Shown here piece after piece: positions 19,578-28,810 of a stretch of 64,000 bases of DNA (position 1 is its first letter; each line of letters starts with the position of its first letter). The notes beneath the pieces are model-generated. The model had not been told where the DNA came from. It was given only the letters and a program-made list of their open reading frames with translations, and did no database searches. Source of the DNA: Lachnospiraceae bacterium. GTDB lineage: Bacteria; Bacillota; Clostridia; Lachnospirales; Lachnospiraceae. The DNA is taken from NCBI GenBank assembly GCA_013316825.1, contig WSLY01000008.1:14414-78413 (forward strand). The letters are read 5' to 3'. The translations under genes and the position numbers were made by a program.

Positions 19578-20180
19578 TTATGCGACGCCGAGACCGGCGA
19601 GCGCTGCTTTTGCCTGCGCAAGGCTTTGGAAATGTATGCCGTGTATACCGAGCGCTTCGGCGGCGGTGATGTTGGGCAGAGTGTCGTCGATGAAGACACA
19701 TTCATCAGGATTTAGGTGATACCGGTTAAGGAGCAGGCTGTAGATGGCGGGATCCGGCTTGGTGAGCTGTACCTTGCAGGAGAAGATACCGCCGTCTAAG
19801 TGGGGGACAAAGTCCATCGCATGAGCGCAGTCCCTGAGCGCTTTTTCGGAAAAATTGGACAGAAAGAGCGTCTGATAGCCTTTTGCCTTCAGCTCTTCAA
19901 TCCATGGAATTGCGTAATCGCAGCGCATTAAGATACCGCCGGCATCGGCAAGGGATTCCCGCAGCTCTTTTTCGATGGCGGGGTCATTTTGAATGAAGAG
20001 GTTTAAAATTTCTTCTTCAGATAAAATACCCAAATCGTACTCATTCCACTGGGGGCTCAACACGGTGGCAGCGCCCAGTCTTTTTACAATTTCTTCCGGA
20101 TAGCCGAAAGAGGCAAAATGCTGCTGCCAGGAAAAACCGGTCAGCACGTTTCCAATGTCAAAAATAACTGTTTTAATCAT
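19578..20180 (-). CDS. HAD-family phosphatase
   Basis: IFDIGNVL, LSN, KPDPAIY and FIDD motifs. Confidence 0.92.
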   Translation of the reverse strand: MIKTVIFDIGNVLTGFSWQQHFASFGYPEEIVKRLGAATVLSPQWNEYDLGILSEEEILNLFIQNDPAIEKELRESLADAGGILMRCDYAIPWIEELKAKGYQTLFLSNFSEKALRDCAHAMDFVPHLDGGIFSCKVQLTKPDPAIYSLLLNRYHLNPDECVFIDDTLPNITAAEALGIHGIHFQSLAQAKAALAGLGVA

Positions 20181-21081
20181 AGTAAACTCCCTTTTTTTCT
20201 TTGTTTATCATATCCAGAAGGTTTTGGGCAGCGGCGGACATGGGATTTTTTTCAACCGTTACAATACAAAACTCTCTTTTGGGTATAATCTTATTAAAGC
20301 GAAGCTCAAATAACATGCCGGATTGCAGGTAGGGCAGGGCAAAATCCCGCACCACGCAGCCGACGCCCAGATTCCGCAGGGCAAACTGTACAATCATGTC
20401 GCTGGTGGCAAGCTCAAATTCAGGCTGTATGTGTACGCCGTTTTCGGATAAGAAGCGGTCCATGTAGCTTCTGGTGCTTGTATTTTTTTCCAGATAGATG
20501 ATAGGCAGCTTTTCCAGCTCGGATAAATCAAGGGTTTTATTTTTATAGGAGATAAAACGTCTGCCGCAGACGAAAATATCCTCGATGCTGCGGACTGCCA
20601 TGGTCCCTGTGCCCTTTGGCGCCTCAAAAGGGGTGCTGACGATGCCGAAATCTATCTGCCCCGTGTGCAGATTCTGCAGGGTTTCGGGAGTGGGCGCGTT
20701 GCTTACCACTACCTTGATGCCCGGGTATTTTTCATGAAAAAGCTCCAGAAAGGGCAGCAGATAAAACTGTAGGGTCATATCACTGGCGCCGATATGGATT
20801 TCCCCCAGATCCAAATTGAGCATCTGCTTCAGCTTTTGTTCGCCGGCTTCTATCTGTTCGTATCCTTTAGAGACATAGGAATATAACAGCTCGCCCTCCG
20901 CCGTGAGCCTGACGCCTCTGGAAATACGGCAGAAAAGCCGTGCGCCGGTCTGCTCCTCCAAAAGCCGGATGGACTGGCTGACGGCAGGCTGGGAAATGGA
21001 CAAAAGTCCGGCGGCATGGGTCAGGGAGCCGGTTCGGGCAACATAATAAAAGACTTTATAATATTCTAAATTTGCTATCAT
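20173..21081 (-). CDS. LysR-family transcriptional regulator
   Basis: N-terminal HTH SLTHAAGLLSISQPAVSQSIRLLE. Confidence 0.95.
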   Translation of the reverse strand: MIANLEYYKVFYYVARTGSLTHAAGLLSISQPAVSQSIRLLEEQTGARLFCRISRGVRLTAEGELLYSYVSKGYEQIEAGEQKLKQMLNLDLGEIHIGASDMTLQFYLLPFLELFHEKYPGIKVVVSNAPTPETLQNLHTGQIDFGIVSTPFEAPKGTGTMAVRSIEDIFVCGRRFISYKNKTLDLSELEKLPIIYLEKNTSTRSYMDRFLSENGVHIQPEFELATSDMIVQFALRNLGVGCVVRDFALPYLQSGMLFELRFNKIIPKREFCIVTVEKNPMSAAAQNLLDMINKEKKGVYYD

Positions 21082-21243
21082 AAGCTTCCTTCCGTAAGGA
21101 AATTTTCCTAAAAGCGGGAGAGATTGACATTCGTCATGTGCCTATCTTACTACAAAAACCGATAAAGGGCAATGTTTACATTGGAGACAAATTGAAGTAA
21201 AATAAAGAAAGAAAAAGGCGAAAGCTGCGAGGAATTACACAAA

Positions 21244-22113
21244 ATGAAAAAGAGCAGGACAAGAAAAATATACGAAACAATCATGGAGTACTTGATTTTA
21301 ACAGTGGCGACGGCGTTTCTGGTGGTGGGCGTCTATGTATTTAAATTTCCTAACCACTTTTCGTTCGGCGGTGTAACGGGCATAGCGGTGGTTTTAGGAG
21401 AACTGGCACCGATTTCGCCGGCTACCATCAACTTTATTATCAATATGGCGTTATTGGTGCTGGGCTTTCTGTTTCTGGGAAGGGATACGGGACTGAAGAC
21501 AGTTTATGTCAGTCTTCTTACTTCGGTGGGACTGAGCCTGATGGAGTGGCTGGCGCCTATGGAGAAGCCCCTTACGACGGAGCCTGTGCTGGAGCTTTTG
21601 TTTGCAATCGTACTGCCGGCGGTCAGCAGCGCCATTCTCTTCAATATTGGCGCGTCAGGCGGCGGAACGGATATTGTCGCCATGATTTTGCAGAAGCACA
21701 CCAGCGTATCCATAGGCGTTGCGCTTTTTATTGTGGATTTGTTGATTGTACTTGCTTCCTGCCTTGTGTTCGATATACAGACAGGACTGTTTTCCTTCTG
21801 TGGTCTGATGGCGAAGACGCTTGTGATAGACGGCGTCATTGAAAATATTAATATGTGCAAATACTTTACGATTGTCTGCGATGATGCAGAGCCAATCTGT
21901 CATTTTATCAATGCGGAATTGAACCGCTCCGCCACCGTGTATCGGGCGCAGGGCGCGTATACACACCGCCCCAAGGTAATTATTTTGACTGTGATGAAGC
22001 GAGGACAGGCGGTGCAGCTGCGCAATTACATCAAGCGGACGCAGCCGAGCGCTTTTATGATGATTACGAACAGCAGTGAGATTATCGGGAAAGGGTTTCG
22101 GGGGCTGAACTAA
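21244..22113 (+). CDS. YitT-family membrane protein
   Basis: GGVTGIA, GASGGGTDIVA and C-terminal EIIGKGF motifs. Confidence 0.9.
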   Translation: MKKSRTRKIYETIMEYLILTVATAFLVVGVYVFKFPNHFSFGGVTGIAVVLGELAPISPATINFIINMALLVLGFLFLGRDTGLKTVYVSLLTSVGLSLMEWLAPMEKPLTTEPVLELLFAIVLPAVSSAILFNIGASGGGTDIVAMILQKHTSVSIGVALFIVDLLIVLASCLVFDIQTGLFSFCGLMAKTLVIDGVIENINMCKYFTIVCDDAEPICHFINAELNRSATVYRAQGAYTHRPKVIILTVMKRGQAVQLRNYIKRTQPSAFMMITNSSEIIGKGFRGLN

Positions 22114-22169
22114 TTTTTACTGATAACCATTCCTGCTGATTTCCATTCCGGCAGTTTTGACGGAGCGCC

Positions 22170-22197
22170 TAAAGTATTTCACCTTTCTATCCGATAT
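22170..22197 (+). promoter_or_regulatory. sigma28 (SigD/FliA)-type promoter
   Basis: TAAA-N16-TCCGATAT. Confidence 0.75.
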
Positions 22198-22304
22198 ATA
22201 AAATTGACAGGCTAAGGAGAGCGTATTTTCAGGGAGCGGAGTTCCCTCAAATACGCTTTTATTTTTGAATATGTCCTAGTTTGATTTGAGAGGAAAGGAA
22301 GGAC

Positions 22305-22763
22305 ATGGTTATGACAGTTTCCGCAATAGAAGCAGAGCGCAAAATGGCAGGAGAATATGTAAAAAATAACCGGCAGCAGGAGGCGGGTGCAGCGGCATTC
22401 AAAGACATGCTTCTTACCACCATGGGAAAGAATCCAAAGCAAAAGGCGCCTTACAGCCATCTGGCAAAGGACGGCATTATCGAGTACAACGGTGTGACCT
22501 TTGTCTGCGATTATGAGCACAATGCATTGTGCCTCGGGGATGTGAGCAATCCGAAGGATGTGATTTATGTGGCGCTTTCCGGAGGCGGCACCCTGCAGGT
22601 AAACAGAGACAATCTTGACGATTTGGCAAAGGCAATCGGCATGTTTTCACCGGAGGACGTCAATTTGATACTGCGTGCCATTTCCAAGGATACCCAGTGT
22701 CAGAGAAAGCTGATGGAAATTGATGAAGAAAGAAATAAGATTGGAGAAGCGGCGGAGGCGTAA
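22305..22763 (+). CDS. Hypothetical protein (152 aa) downstream of a sigma28-type promoter
   Basis: Good RBS (GAAAGGAAGG); globular-looking core KAPYSHLAKDGIIEYNGVTFVCD; no family recognised. Confidence 0.8.
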   Translation: MVMTVSAIEAERKMAGEYVKNNRQQEAGAAAFKDMLLTTMGKNPKQKAPYSHLAKDGIIEYNGVTFVCDYEHNALCLGDVSNPKDVIYVALSGGGTLQVNRDNLDDLAKAIGMFSPEDVNLILRAISKDTQCQRKLMEIDEERNKIGEAAEA

Positions 22764-22789
22764 TCCGCCGCTCTTTTTGCGGCGCAAGG

Positions 22790-22855
22790 CGTTTGACAGC
22801 AGAAAAAGGGCTGTTTACAACATTTATCTGAGGGACAGACTAACAGTGCCGATAT
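22790..22855 (+). promoter_or_regulatory. Putative LytTR direct repeats with sigma28-type -10
   Basis: CGTTTGACAGCA (22790) and CTGTTTACAACA (22811), 21-bp period; GCCGATAT at 22848; no TAAA -35. Confidence 0.55.
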
Positions 22856-22930
22856 AAAAAAAGAAAAGCCGTGCTGTTGCGGACAACATAAGGAAGCGCA
22901 TACGTATGAAGTGCGCGGAGGAAAATCAAA

Positions 22931-23635
22931 ATGCGGGTTGCAATATGTGATGATGAGGCAGAAATGCGAAAGCTGCTGGCAGAAAAGGTGAGACGGCATT
23001 GTCTGGAGGCAGAGATTTTGCTGCTGCAGTCGGGCAGGGAAGTGACTGCTTTATATCCGGCGCCCCAGATTCTGCTTCTGGATATCGGACTGCCGGATAT
23101 GGACGGCATGGAGGCGGCAAGGGCGTTTCGGGAGAAAAATAAAGATACAGTCTTGATTTTTATCACTGCGCTGGAGGAATATGTTTTTCAGGCGTTTGAC
23201 GTCGGCGCATTTCATTATCTGGTCAAACCTTTTACGGATGAGAAATTTGCAAAGGTGCTGCTGGCGGCGGTATCACAGGTAAAGGAAGCGGGATTGCCTG
23301 CGGGTTTTTTAGAAAAGTGCATCTGGGTAAAGAGAAAAGGCGTCAGGACGAAGGTGCTGTTAGAGGATATCCAGTATGCGGAGGTTTATAACAGAAAAAT
23401 TATCCTGCATCGGATAGACGGCGATGTGGAGTATTATGGAAAGATGGCAGAACTGGAGAAGATGGCGGGAGAGGATTTCTTTCGCACACACAGGGCATAT
23501 CTTGTCAATCTGAAGCATGTGGTGAGATATGATGCCGCCACTGTCAGTTTAGAGCAGGGGACGGCGCTGATGGCAAAGCCCAAATTTCCCGAATTTGTAA
23601 AAAGATATATGAAATACAACCAAAAAGCGAGATAG
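22931..23635 (+). CDS. LytTR-family response regulator
   Basis: VAICDDE, LLDIGLP, YLVKP and FFRTHRAYLVNL motifs. Confidence 0.94.
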   Translation: MRVAICDDEAEMRKLLAEKVRRHCLEAEILLLQSGREVTALYPAPQILLLDIGLPDMDGMEAARAFREKNKDTVLIFITALEEYVFQAFDVGAFHYLVKPFTDEKFAKVLLAAVSQVKEAGLPAGFLEKCIWVKRKGVRTKVLLEDIQYAEVYNRKIILHRIDGDVEYYGKMAELEKMAGEDFFRTHRAYLVNLKHVVRYDAATVSLEQGTALMAKPKFPEFVKRYMKYNQKAR

Positions 23636-23643
23636 AGGATGCC

Positions 23644-25026
23644 GTGATGAATGATTTGGAGATATATTGGGAAGCAGCAAGCCGTATTGCAGGCGCAGCA
23701 GGACTGATTTTGACAGGCTGTGTGTTAAACCGCTTTGGGGCACCTTTTCTGCAAAATAGAAAATATGCGCGTGTTCCGGGTATGGTTTATGCCGCGGTTA
23801 TGCTGGTGCTTTATATTTTCCCATGGTACAACGGACTGCTGATTGTCAATGTTTTTGGCATGGCTTCCTTCTTTGCGGCAATGTATGCTGTAGATAAAAG
23901 GAATATCAGGCAAAAGGTGTTTCTGGCGGTGGTCGGTTATCTGCTAAAGTGGATTACGGGCGGATTTTCTCATATGATGTGGGGACTTTTCGGTGAACGT
24001 ATCCTGTTAAGCAACGGTATGACAGATAAGCCGTTTTTTTCTCTTGCCGTATTCTGCATTATGGAAACGGTGTATGCTGCTGCTGCATTTGGAATACAGA
24101 TTCTGGCATGCGACATGATTGGAAGGGCATATGTCTGCAAGAAAGAGAATATGACAAGGCGTGAGTTTCTGCTTATGATTTCTCCGTTTACGCTGATTCT
24201 TTTAGGATATTTTATATTTGCTTACTGGGAAAGGATGTACTGGCGGGATGTGGGCATATATATCGAGGATGCCCATCCGGAGTATATGTGGGTTCAGTTC
24301 TGCTATCAGATGCTTTCCTTTGTGGCGATGCTGACTATTATTGTGATTTATCAGAACATCAAAGGCATCCGGCGGCAGGAACAGGAAAATGCTGTCTTGG
24401 CACAGCAGATGACAACCATGGAGCGGCATATCAGCGAGGTGGAGGCTTTATACCGCGATATCAGGGGACTTAGGCATGACATGGGAAACCATGTTATGAT
24501 TTTGGAAAATCTTCTGGAAAAAGGAGAACGGGAAGAAGCGGCGGCGTATTTGTCCGAGTGGAAGAAACAAGGGGATGGAGGCGCGTCTGAAATGAAAAGC
24601 GGTAATCCCGTCACGGATGTGATTCTGACGGAGAAGAAGAAAGAGATGGAGGAAAAAGGAATCCTTTTTACTTGTGATTTTCACTATCCGCAGGGGACAA
24701 ACATCAATGCGTTTGACATCAGTATTATACTGCACAATGTATTGGACAATGCCATTTATGGCGCGGCACAGTGCCAAAATCCTTATATCAGGCTGTGTGC
24801 TTACTGCAGAAAAAATGCCTATATGATAGAAGTAAGCAATACTCTTTTGCAGAAAATCGTGTTAGAGGAGGAGAGCGGTCTGCCGGAGACGACGAAAGGA
24901 ACAGGCGGCGAGCATGGTTATGGGCTTGCCAATGTAAAGCGTGTGGCTGCGCGGTATTTTGGCGGAATCGATATCGTCCAGAGCAAAACGGAGTTTCAGC
25001 TTACAGTGATGCTTATGCTGGCGTAG
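23644..25026 (+). CDS. Membrane GHKL sensor histidine kinase (AgrC-like)
   Basis: About 7 TM segments; RHDMGNH, NVLDNA and HGYGL motifs. Confidence 0.92.
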   Translation: MMNDLEIYWEAASRIAGAAGLILTGCVLNRFGAPFLQNRKYARVPGMVYAAVMLVLYIFPWYNGLLIVNVFGMASFFAAMYAVDKRNIRQKVFLAVVGYLLKWITGGFSHMMWGLFGERILLSNGMTDKPFFSLAVFCIMETVYAAAAFGIQILACDMIGRAYVCKKENMTRREFLLMISPFTLILLGYFIFAYWERMYWRDVGIYIEDAHPEYMWVQFCYQMLSFVAMLTIIVIYQNIKGIRRQEQENAVLAQQMTTMERHISEVEALYRDIRGLRHDMGNHVMILENLLEKGEREEAAAYLSEWKKQGDGGASEMKSGNPVTDVILTEKKKEMEEKGILFTCDFHYPQGTNINAFDISIILHNVLDNAIYGAAQCQNPYIRLCAYCRKNAYMIEVSNTLLQKIVLEEESGLPETTKGTGGEHGYGLANVKRVAARYFGGIDIVQSKTEFQLTVMLMLA

Positions 25027-25037
25027 CGGGATTTTTG

Positions 25038-25104
25038 TGTCTGACGTCAAAAAAAGGCCGGTTCACAACAAACTGCTTATTTCCAAAATGAAAAAAACCG
25101 AAAG
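25038..25104 (+). promoter_or_regulatory. Putative LytTR direct repeats with weak sigma28-type -10
   Basis: TGTCTGACGTCA (25038) and CGGTTCACAACA (25059), 21-bp period; ACCGAAAG at 25097, same geometry as 22790-22855. Confidence 0.45.
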
Positions 25105-25120
25105 ATAACATATACTTTAA

Positions 25121-25160
25121 TTCATGACAATAGAAGACTCGCTGAAGTGAAGGCTATTGT
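25121..25160 (+). repeat. Short hairpin repeat, family II, copy B
   Basis: TTCATGACAATAGAAGACTCGCTGAAGTGAAGGCTATTGT. Confidence 0.8.
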
Positions 25161-25179
25161 ATTTAAGGAGGAAAATCAG

Positions 25180-25908
25180 ATGCAGGTAAATGGCGTAAAC
25201 GGTGGAAACGGATTTAGGGCGGCTGGGACGGCGTCTCCGGCTCAAGATGCGGTGAGCCGCAGTATAAAACAACAGATTGCAAATCTGCAGAAGCAGATGC
25301 AGCAGCTTTCTTCCAATCAGGATATGGGCGCAGAAGAAAAAATGAAAAAGAGGCAGGAGCTGCAGAAGCAGATTAGCGACCTGAACATAGAGCTGCGTCA
25401 GCATCAGATGGAACAGCAGCAGGCAGAGAGAGCGCGCGCGCAGAAAAAGCAAAAGGAAAGCGCTGAGGTGGAAGAGCTGACCGGCACAAAGAAAGCTTCA
25501 GGAGAGGCAGGCGGTATTTCGCAGGCCGGTATGCAGTCCATTATCTCGGCAGATGCGTCGTTAGCGCAGGCGAAGGTGCAGGGAAGCGTGGCAAAGCAGG
25601 CAGAGGGGAGGGCGAATGTCCTGAAAGCGGAAATCAAACAGGATGGTCCCGGCAAGAGCGCAGAGATGAAAGAAGAGCAGCTTGCCAGAGTGGAACAGAC
25701 AAAAGCCACGGCGTCCGCGGCACAGGCGGATACGCTTGGAAAGGCAAATGAAGCATTGCAGGAAGCCGGCAGCGAAAAAGACGGGACGACCCCAAAAGCA
25801 GAAGACAGGAAAACAAAAGAAGAAAAAACAGACCGTCCGCAAAAGGAGAAAGAAGAAAAAGAAGAAACCGGACAGGCAGCCCCCACACATGTAGATGTCA
25901 GGCTGTAG
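25180..25908 (+). CDS. FlxA-like coiled-coil protein
   Basis: IKQQIANLQKQMQQLSSNQDMGAEEKMKKRQELQKQI resembles the FlxA-like domain; RBS AAGGAGG; ends HVDVRL. Confidence 0.75.
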   Translation: MQVNGVNGGNGFRAAGTASPAQDAVSRSIKQQIANLQKQMQQLSSNQDMGAEEKMKKRQELQKQISDLNIELRQHQMEQQQAERARAQKKQKESAEVEELTGTKKASGEAGGISQAGMQSIISADASLAQAKVQGSVAKQAEGRANVLKAEIKQDGPGKSAEMKEEQLARVEQTKATASAAQADTLGKANEALQEAGSEKDGTTPKAEDRKTKEEKTDRPQKEKEEKEETGQAAPTHVDVRL

Positions 25909-25961
25909 GGCGCAGCGTTTTACAGGCGCCGCAAAAAAGATAATGCCAACCATAACGAACA

Positions 25962-25999
25962 AAACCCCCGAGGCTGCTTTGCAGTCCCGGGGGCTTTTT
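25962..25999 (+). terminator. Intrinsic terminator
   Basis: CCCCCGAGGCTGC-ttt-GCAGTCCCGGGGG followed by CTTTTT. Confidence 0.6.
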
Positions 26000-26260
26000 A
26001 GGGGAGGATAAGTATTAAATTTATCATTGGTAAGGTTTTCATCAAAGGAGGGGGTTCCGTTGATGACTAGTGATAGTATGACCGCATAAAAAGGTTTTAT
26101 ACATAAAAAGTAAAAAAATTTTAGATAGGCTTTTGACACCCAAATCTGTAAAGGAAAAAACAGGGTTTTGAGAATGCATCTATACAAAAAGCCGTTTTTG
26201 ACATATACTGAAAGAATCTTGACTGGTACGCGTGACAAAGCACGCAGATGGGAGAAAGCT

Positions 26261-27259
26261 ATGAAAAAACAGGCAGAGAAACATCATTTTATGTTTAGGG
26301 GCGTACTGCTTCTTCTGCTGGCGGGCTGTATCGCGCTGGGAGGCTGCAGAAAGAGCGCGGATGCGCAAATCCGCATAGGGGCTTTGAAGGGACCGACTAC
26401 CATAGGGCTTCTTCGGTTGATGGAGGAGGCAGAAGCAGGAAACACCAAGGACGAATATACATTTACCATGGCGGTGGGAGCGGATGAGCTTACGCCCCTT
26501 CTGGCAAAAGGAGAGCTGGATATTGCGCTTCTGCCTGCTAATGTGGCGGCAGTGCTCTACCAGAAAACAGAAGGAGGCATCTGCGTCATTGACATCAATA
26601 CGCTGGGGGTGTTATACATGGTATCCGGCAGTGAAGCGATTGCAAGTATACAGGATTTGCGGGGGCAGACAATCTGCCTGACAGGGAGAGGGACCACGCC
26701 GGATTATGTACTACAGTATCTTCTGGAAAAAAACGGCATCGCTTTGGAGGAAGTGACCTTGGATTACCGCTCGGAAGCGACGGAAGTGGCGGCTGTTCTG
26801 GCAGAAAATCCCGAGGCGGTCGGACTGCTTCCGCAGCCTTTTGTGACAGTGGCGTGCGCCCAGAACGAAGCGCTCTCGGTGCGCCTTTCTTTGACCGAGG
26901 AGTGGGACAAGGTGCAGGGGGACAACGGAAGCAGGCTGGTAACGGGAGTTACGGTGGTGCGGAAGGAATTTCTGGCAGAAAATCCCGAGGCGGCTGCCCG
27001 CTTTTTGGAGGCGCATGAGGCAAGCACCTTTTATGCGGCGGATAATCCCGCAGATGCGGCTGCGCTTTGTGTGAAGGCGGAAATCATTGCAAAAGAAGCG
27101 GTTGCGGAAAAAGCAATTCCGTTCTGCAATATGACCTGCATCAAGGGGGAAGAGATGCGGCAGGCGCTGTCCGGCTATCTGTCCGTGTTGTATGAGCAGA
27201 ATCCGGAGGCGGTGGGGGGCAGCCTTCCGGACAGCGATTTTTATTTTATAGGCGAGTGA
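26261..27259 (+). CDS. ABC transporter substrate-binding lipoprotein (NitT/TauT, NMT1-like)
   Basis: Lipobox LGGC; IGALKGPT, LPANVAA and LPQPFVT. Confidence 0.85.
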   Translation: MKKQAEKHHFMFRGVLLLLLAGCIALGGCRKSADAQIRIGALKGPTTIGLLRLMEEAEAGNTKDEYTFTMAVGADELTPLLAKGELDIALLPANVAAVLYQKTEGGICVIDINTLGVLYMVSGSEAIASIQDLRGQTICLTGRGTTPDYVLQYLLEKNGIALEEVTLDYRSEATEVAAVLAENPEAVGLLPQPFVTVACAQNEALSVRLSLTEEWDKVQGDNGSRLVTGVTVVRKEFLAENPEAAARFLEAHEASTFYAADNPADAAALCVKAEIIAKEAVAEKAIPFCNMTCIKGEEMRQALSGYLSVLYEQNPEAVGGSLPDSDFYFIGE

Positions 27260-27260
27260 T

Positions 27261-28682
27261 ATGCGGAATTTGATGGTAAAAGCTCAAAATGGAATGAAGA
27301 AAGCAGGCGTTTTTTTGTTCTGGCTTTGCGTCTGGCAGTTAGCCGCCTTTTTGATTGACAATGAGCTGCTTTTTGCGGGACCGTCAGCCACAGCACGGGC
27401 GTTGTGCAGGGAGATTGCCTCGCCGGACTTTGTCAAGACGGTGGGGGGGTCGCTTTTGCGCATTTTTACCGGATTTTTTGCGGCTCTTTTTTGCGGCGCT
27501 CTGTTAGGCGCCCTGAGCTTCCGCCTGCGCTTTGCAGGAACCCTTCTGTCGCCGCTTATGCATTTCTGCAAGGCAGTGCCGGTGGCGGCCTTTGCCGTTA
27601 TTCTGCTTATCTGGCAGGGAGCGGGGCGGCTCAGCGCCGCAGTCTGCTTTCTGGTGGTGCTTCCCATGGTGTATGTGAATGTTTTGGAGGGGCTTGCCCA
27701 TACGGACCGAAAGCTTTTGGAGATGGCGTCCGTGTTTCGGTTTTCACGCAGGCACATTTTTTGCTATTTGTACAGACCGGCGATGGCGCCTTTTTTGGAG
27801 GGCTGCCTGAAAACAGCTCTGGGCATGGGGCTGAAGGCGGGCATTGCGGCGGAGGTTATCGGCATCCCAAGGTGGTCCATTGGCGGAAAGATATATTTGT
27901 CCAAAATCTATCTTGATACAGCGGGGATATTTGCATGGACGGCAGTGGTGCTTGCGCTGAGCTTTGTTCTGGAAAAGGGCGTGCTTCTTTTATGGAAATG
28001 GTTTCTTTTGCGGAAGCCGGTACATGCGGATACGGCGGCGCATAGGGATGGCGCCGTACAGACAGAAGGAGCGGCGCGGACTGTCCTGCTATTTGAGGAG
28101 GTTGAAAAGCGTTATGACAAACGCGTGGTGCTTTCCGGCATAAACCGCAGGCTGGACGCGGCGGGATATTGTCTGATGGCGCCGTCCGGCGCAGGAAAAA
28201 CGACGCTTCTGCATATGGCGGCGGGACTTTTAAAGCCGGATGCAGGAAGGGTTTTACGGGAAAGTAAAGCAGGGCAGGAACAGAACCCTGTGCCGCCTAA
28301 GGTTTCCATGGTGTTTCAGGAGGACAGGCTCTGCGAGGAGGAGACGGCGGTGGTGAATGTCATGCTTGCGTGCGGGGACGAAAGAAAGGCTGTGGAATGT
28401 TTAGAAAAGCTTTTGGAAAAAGAGGCGCTGCAAAAACCTGTCAGCCGGCTGAGCGGCGGGCAGCGGCGGCGCGTCTGTATTGCGCGGGCACTTGCGGCAG
28501 ATTCCGACATTCTTCTTCTGGACGAGCCGTTTACGGGGCTTGATGAAAAAAACAAAAGAAGGGCGGCTGCGGTTATCCTTGGAGATAAGGCGGGGCGGCT
28601 GATGCTTGCCGCAGTGCATGATGAAGCGGATGCGAAGCGGCTTGGCGGGGAAATCTGGCGTCTGCCGGTGCCAAAAGAGTGA
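27261..28682 (+). CDS. Fused ABC permease + ATPase (NitT/TauT type)
   Basis: N-terminal TM domain; APSGAGKT, LSGGQ and LLLDEPF motifs. Confidence 0.85.
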   Translation: MRNLMVKAQNGMKKAGVFLFWLCVWQLAAFLIDNELLFAGPSATARALCREIASPDFVKTVGGSLLRIFTGFFAALFCGALLGALSFRLRFAGTLLSPLMHFCKAVPVAAFAVILLIWQGAGRLSAAVCFLVVLPMVYVNVLEGLAHTDRKLLEMASVFRFSRRHIFCYLYRPAMAPFLEGCLKTALGMGLKAGIAAEVIGIPRWSIGGKIYLSKIYLDTAGIFAWTAVVLALSFVLEKGVLLLWKWFLLRKPVHADTAAHRDGAVQTEGAARTVLLFEEVEKRYDKRVVLSGINRRLDAAGYCLMAPSGAGKTTLLHMAAGLLKPDAGRVLRESKAGQEQNPVPPKVSMVFQEDRLCEEETAVVNVMLACGDERKAVECLEKLLEKEALQKPVSRLSGGQRRRVCIARALAADSDILLLDEPFTGLDEKNKRRAAAVILGDKAGRLMLAAVHDEADAKRLGGEIWRLPVPKE

Positions 28683-28810
28683 GGAAAACAGCGCGAAAAG
28701 ACGTAGACAAGGCGCTTTGATTATGCTATAATCGTAAAATGACCGCGACTGGCGTCTGCCTATTGTCCCGACGGGGCAGCAGTCACGATTTTTAAGGAGG
28801 AAATGTAACA

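Noticed and set aside
21159-21166. ACCGATAA as a sigma28 -10 upstream of yitT
   Set aside because: No matching -35, and a sigmaA-like TTTACA..TAAAAT lies closer to the gene.
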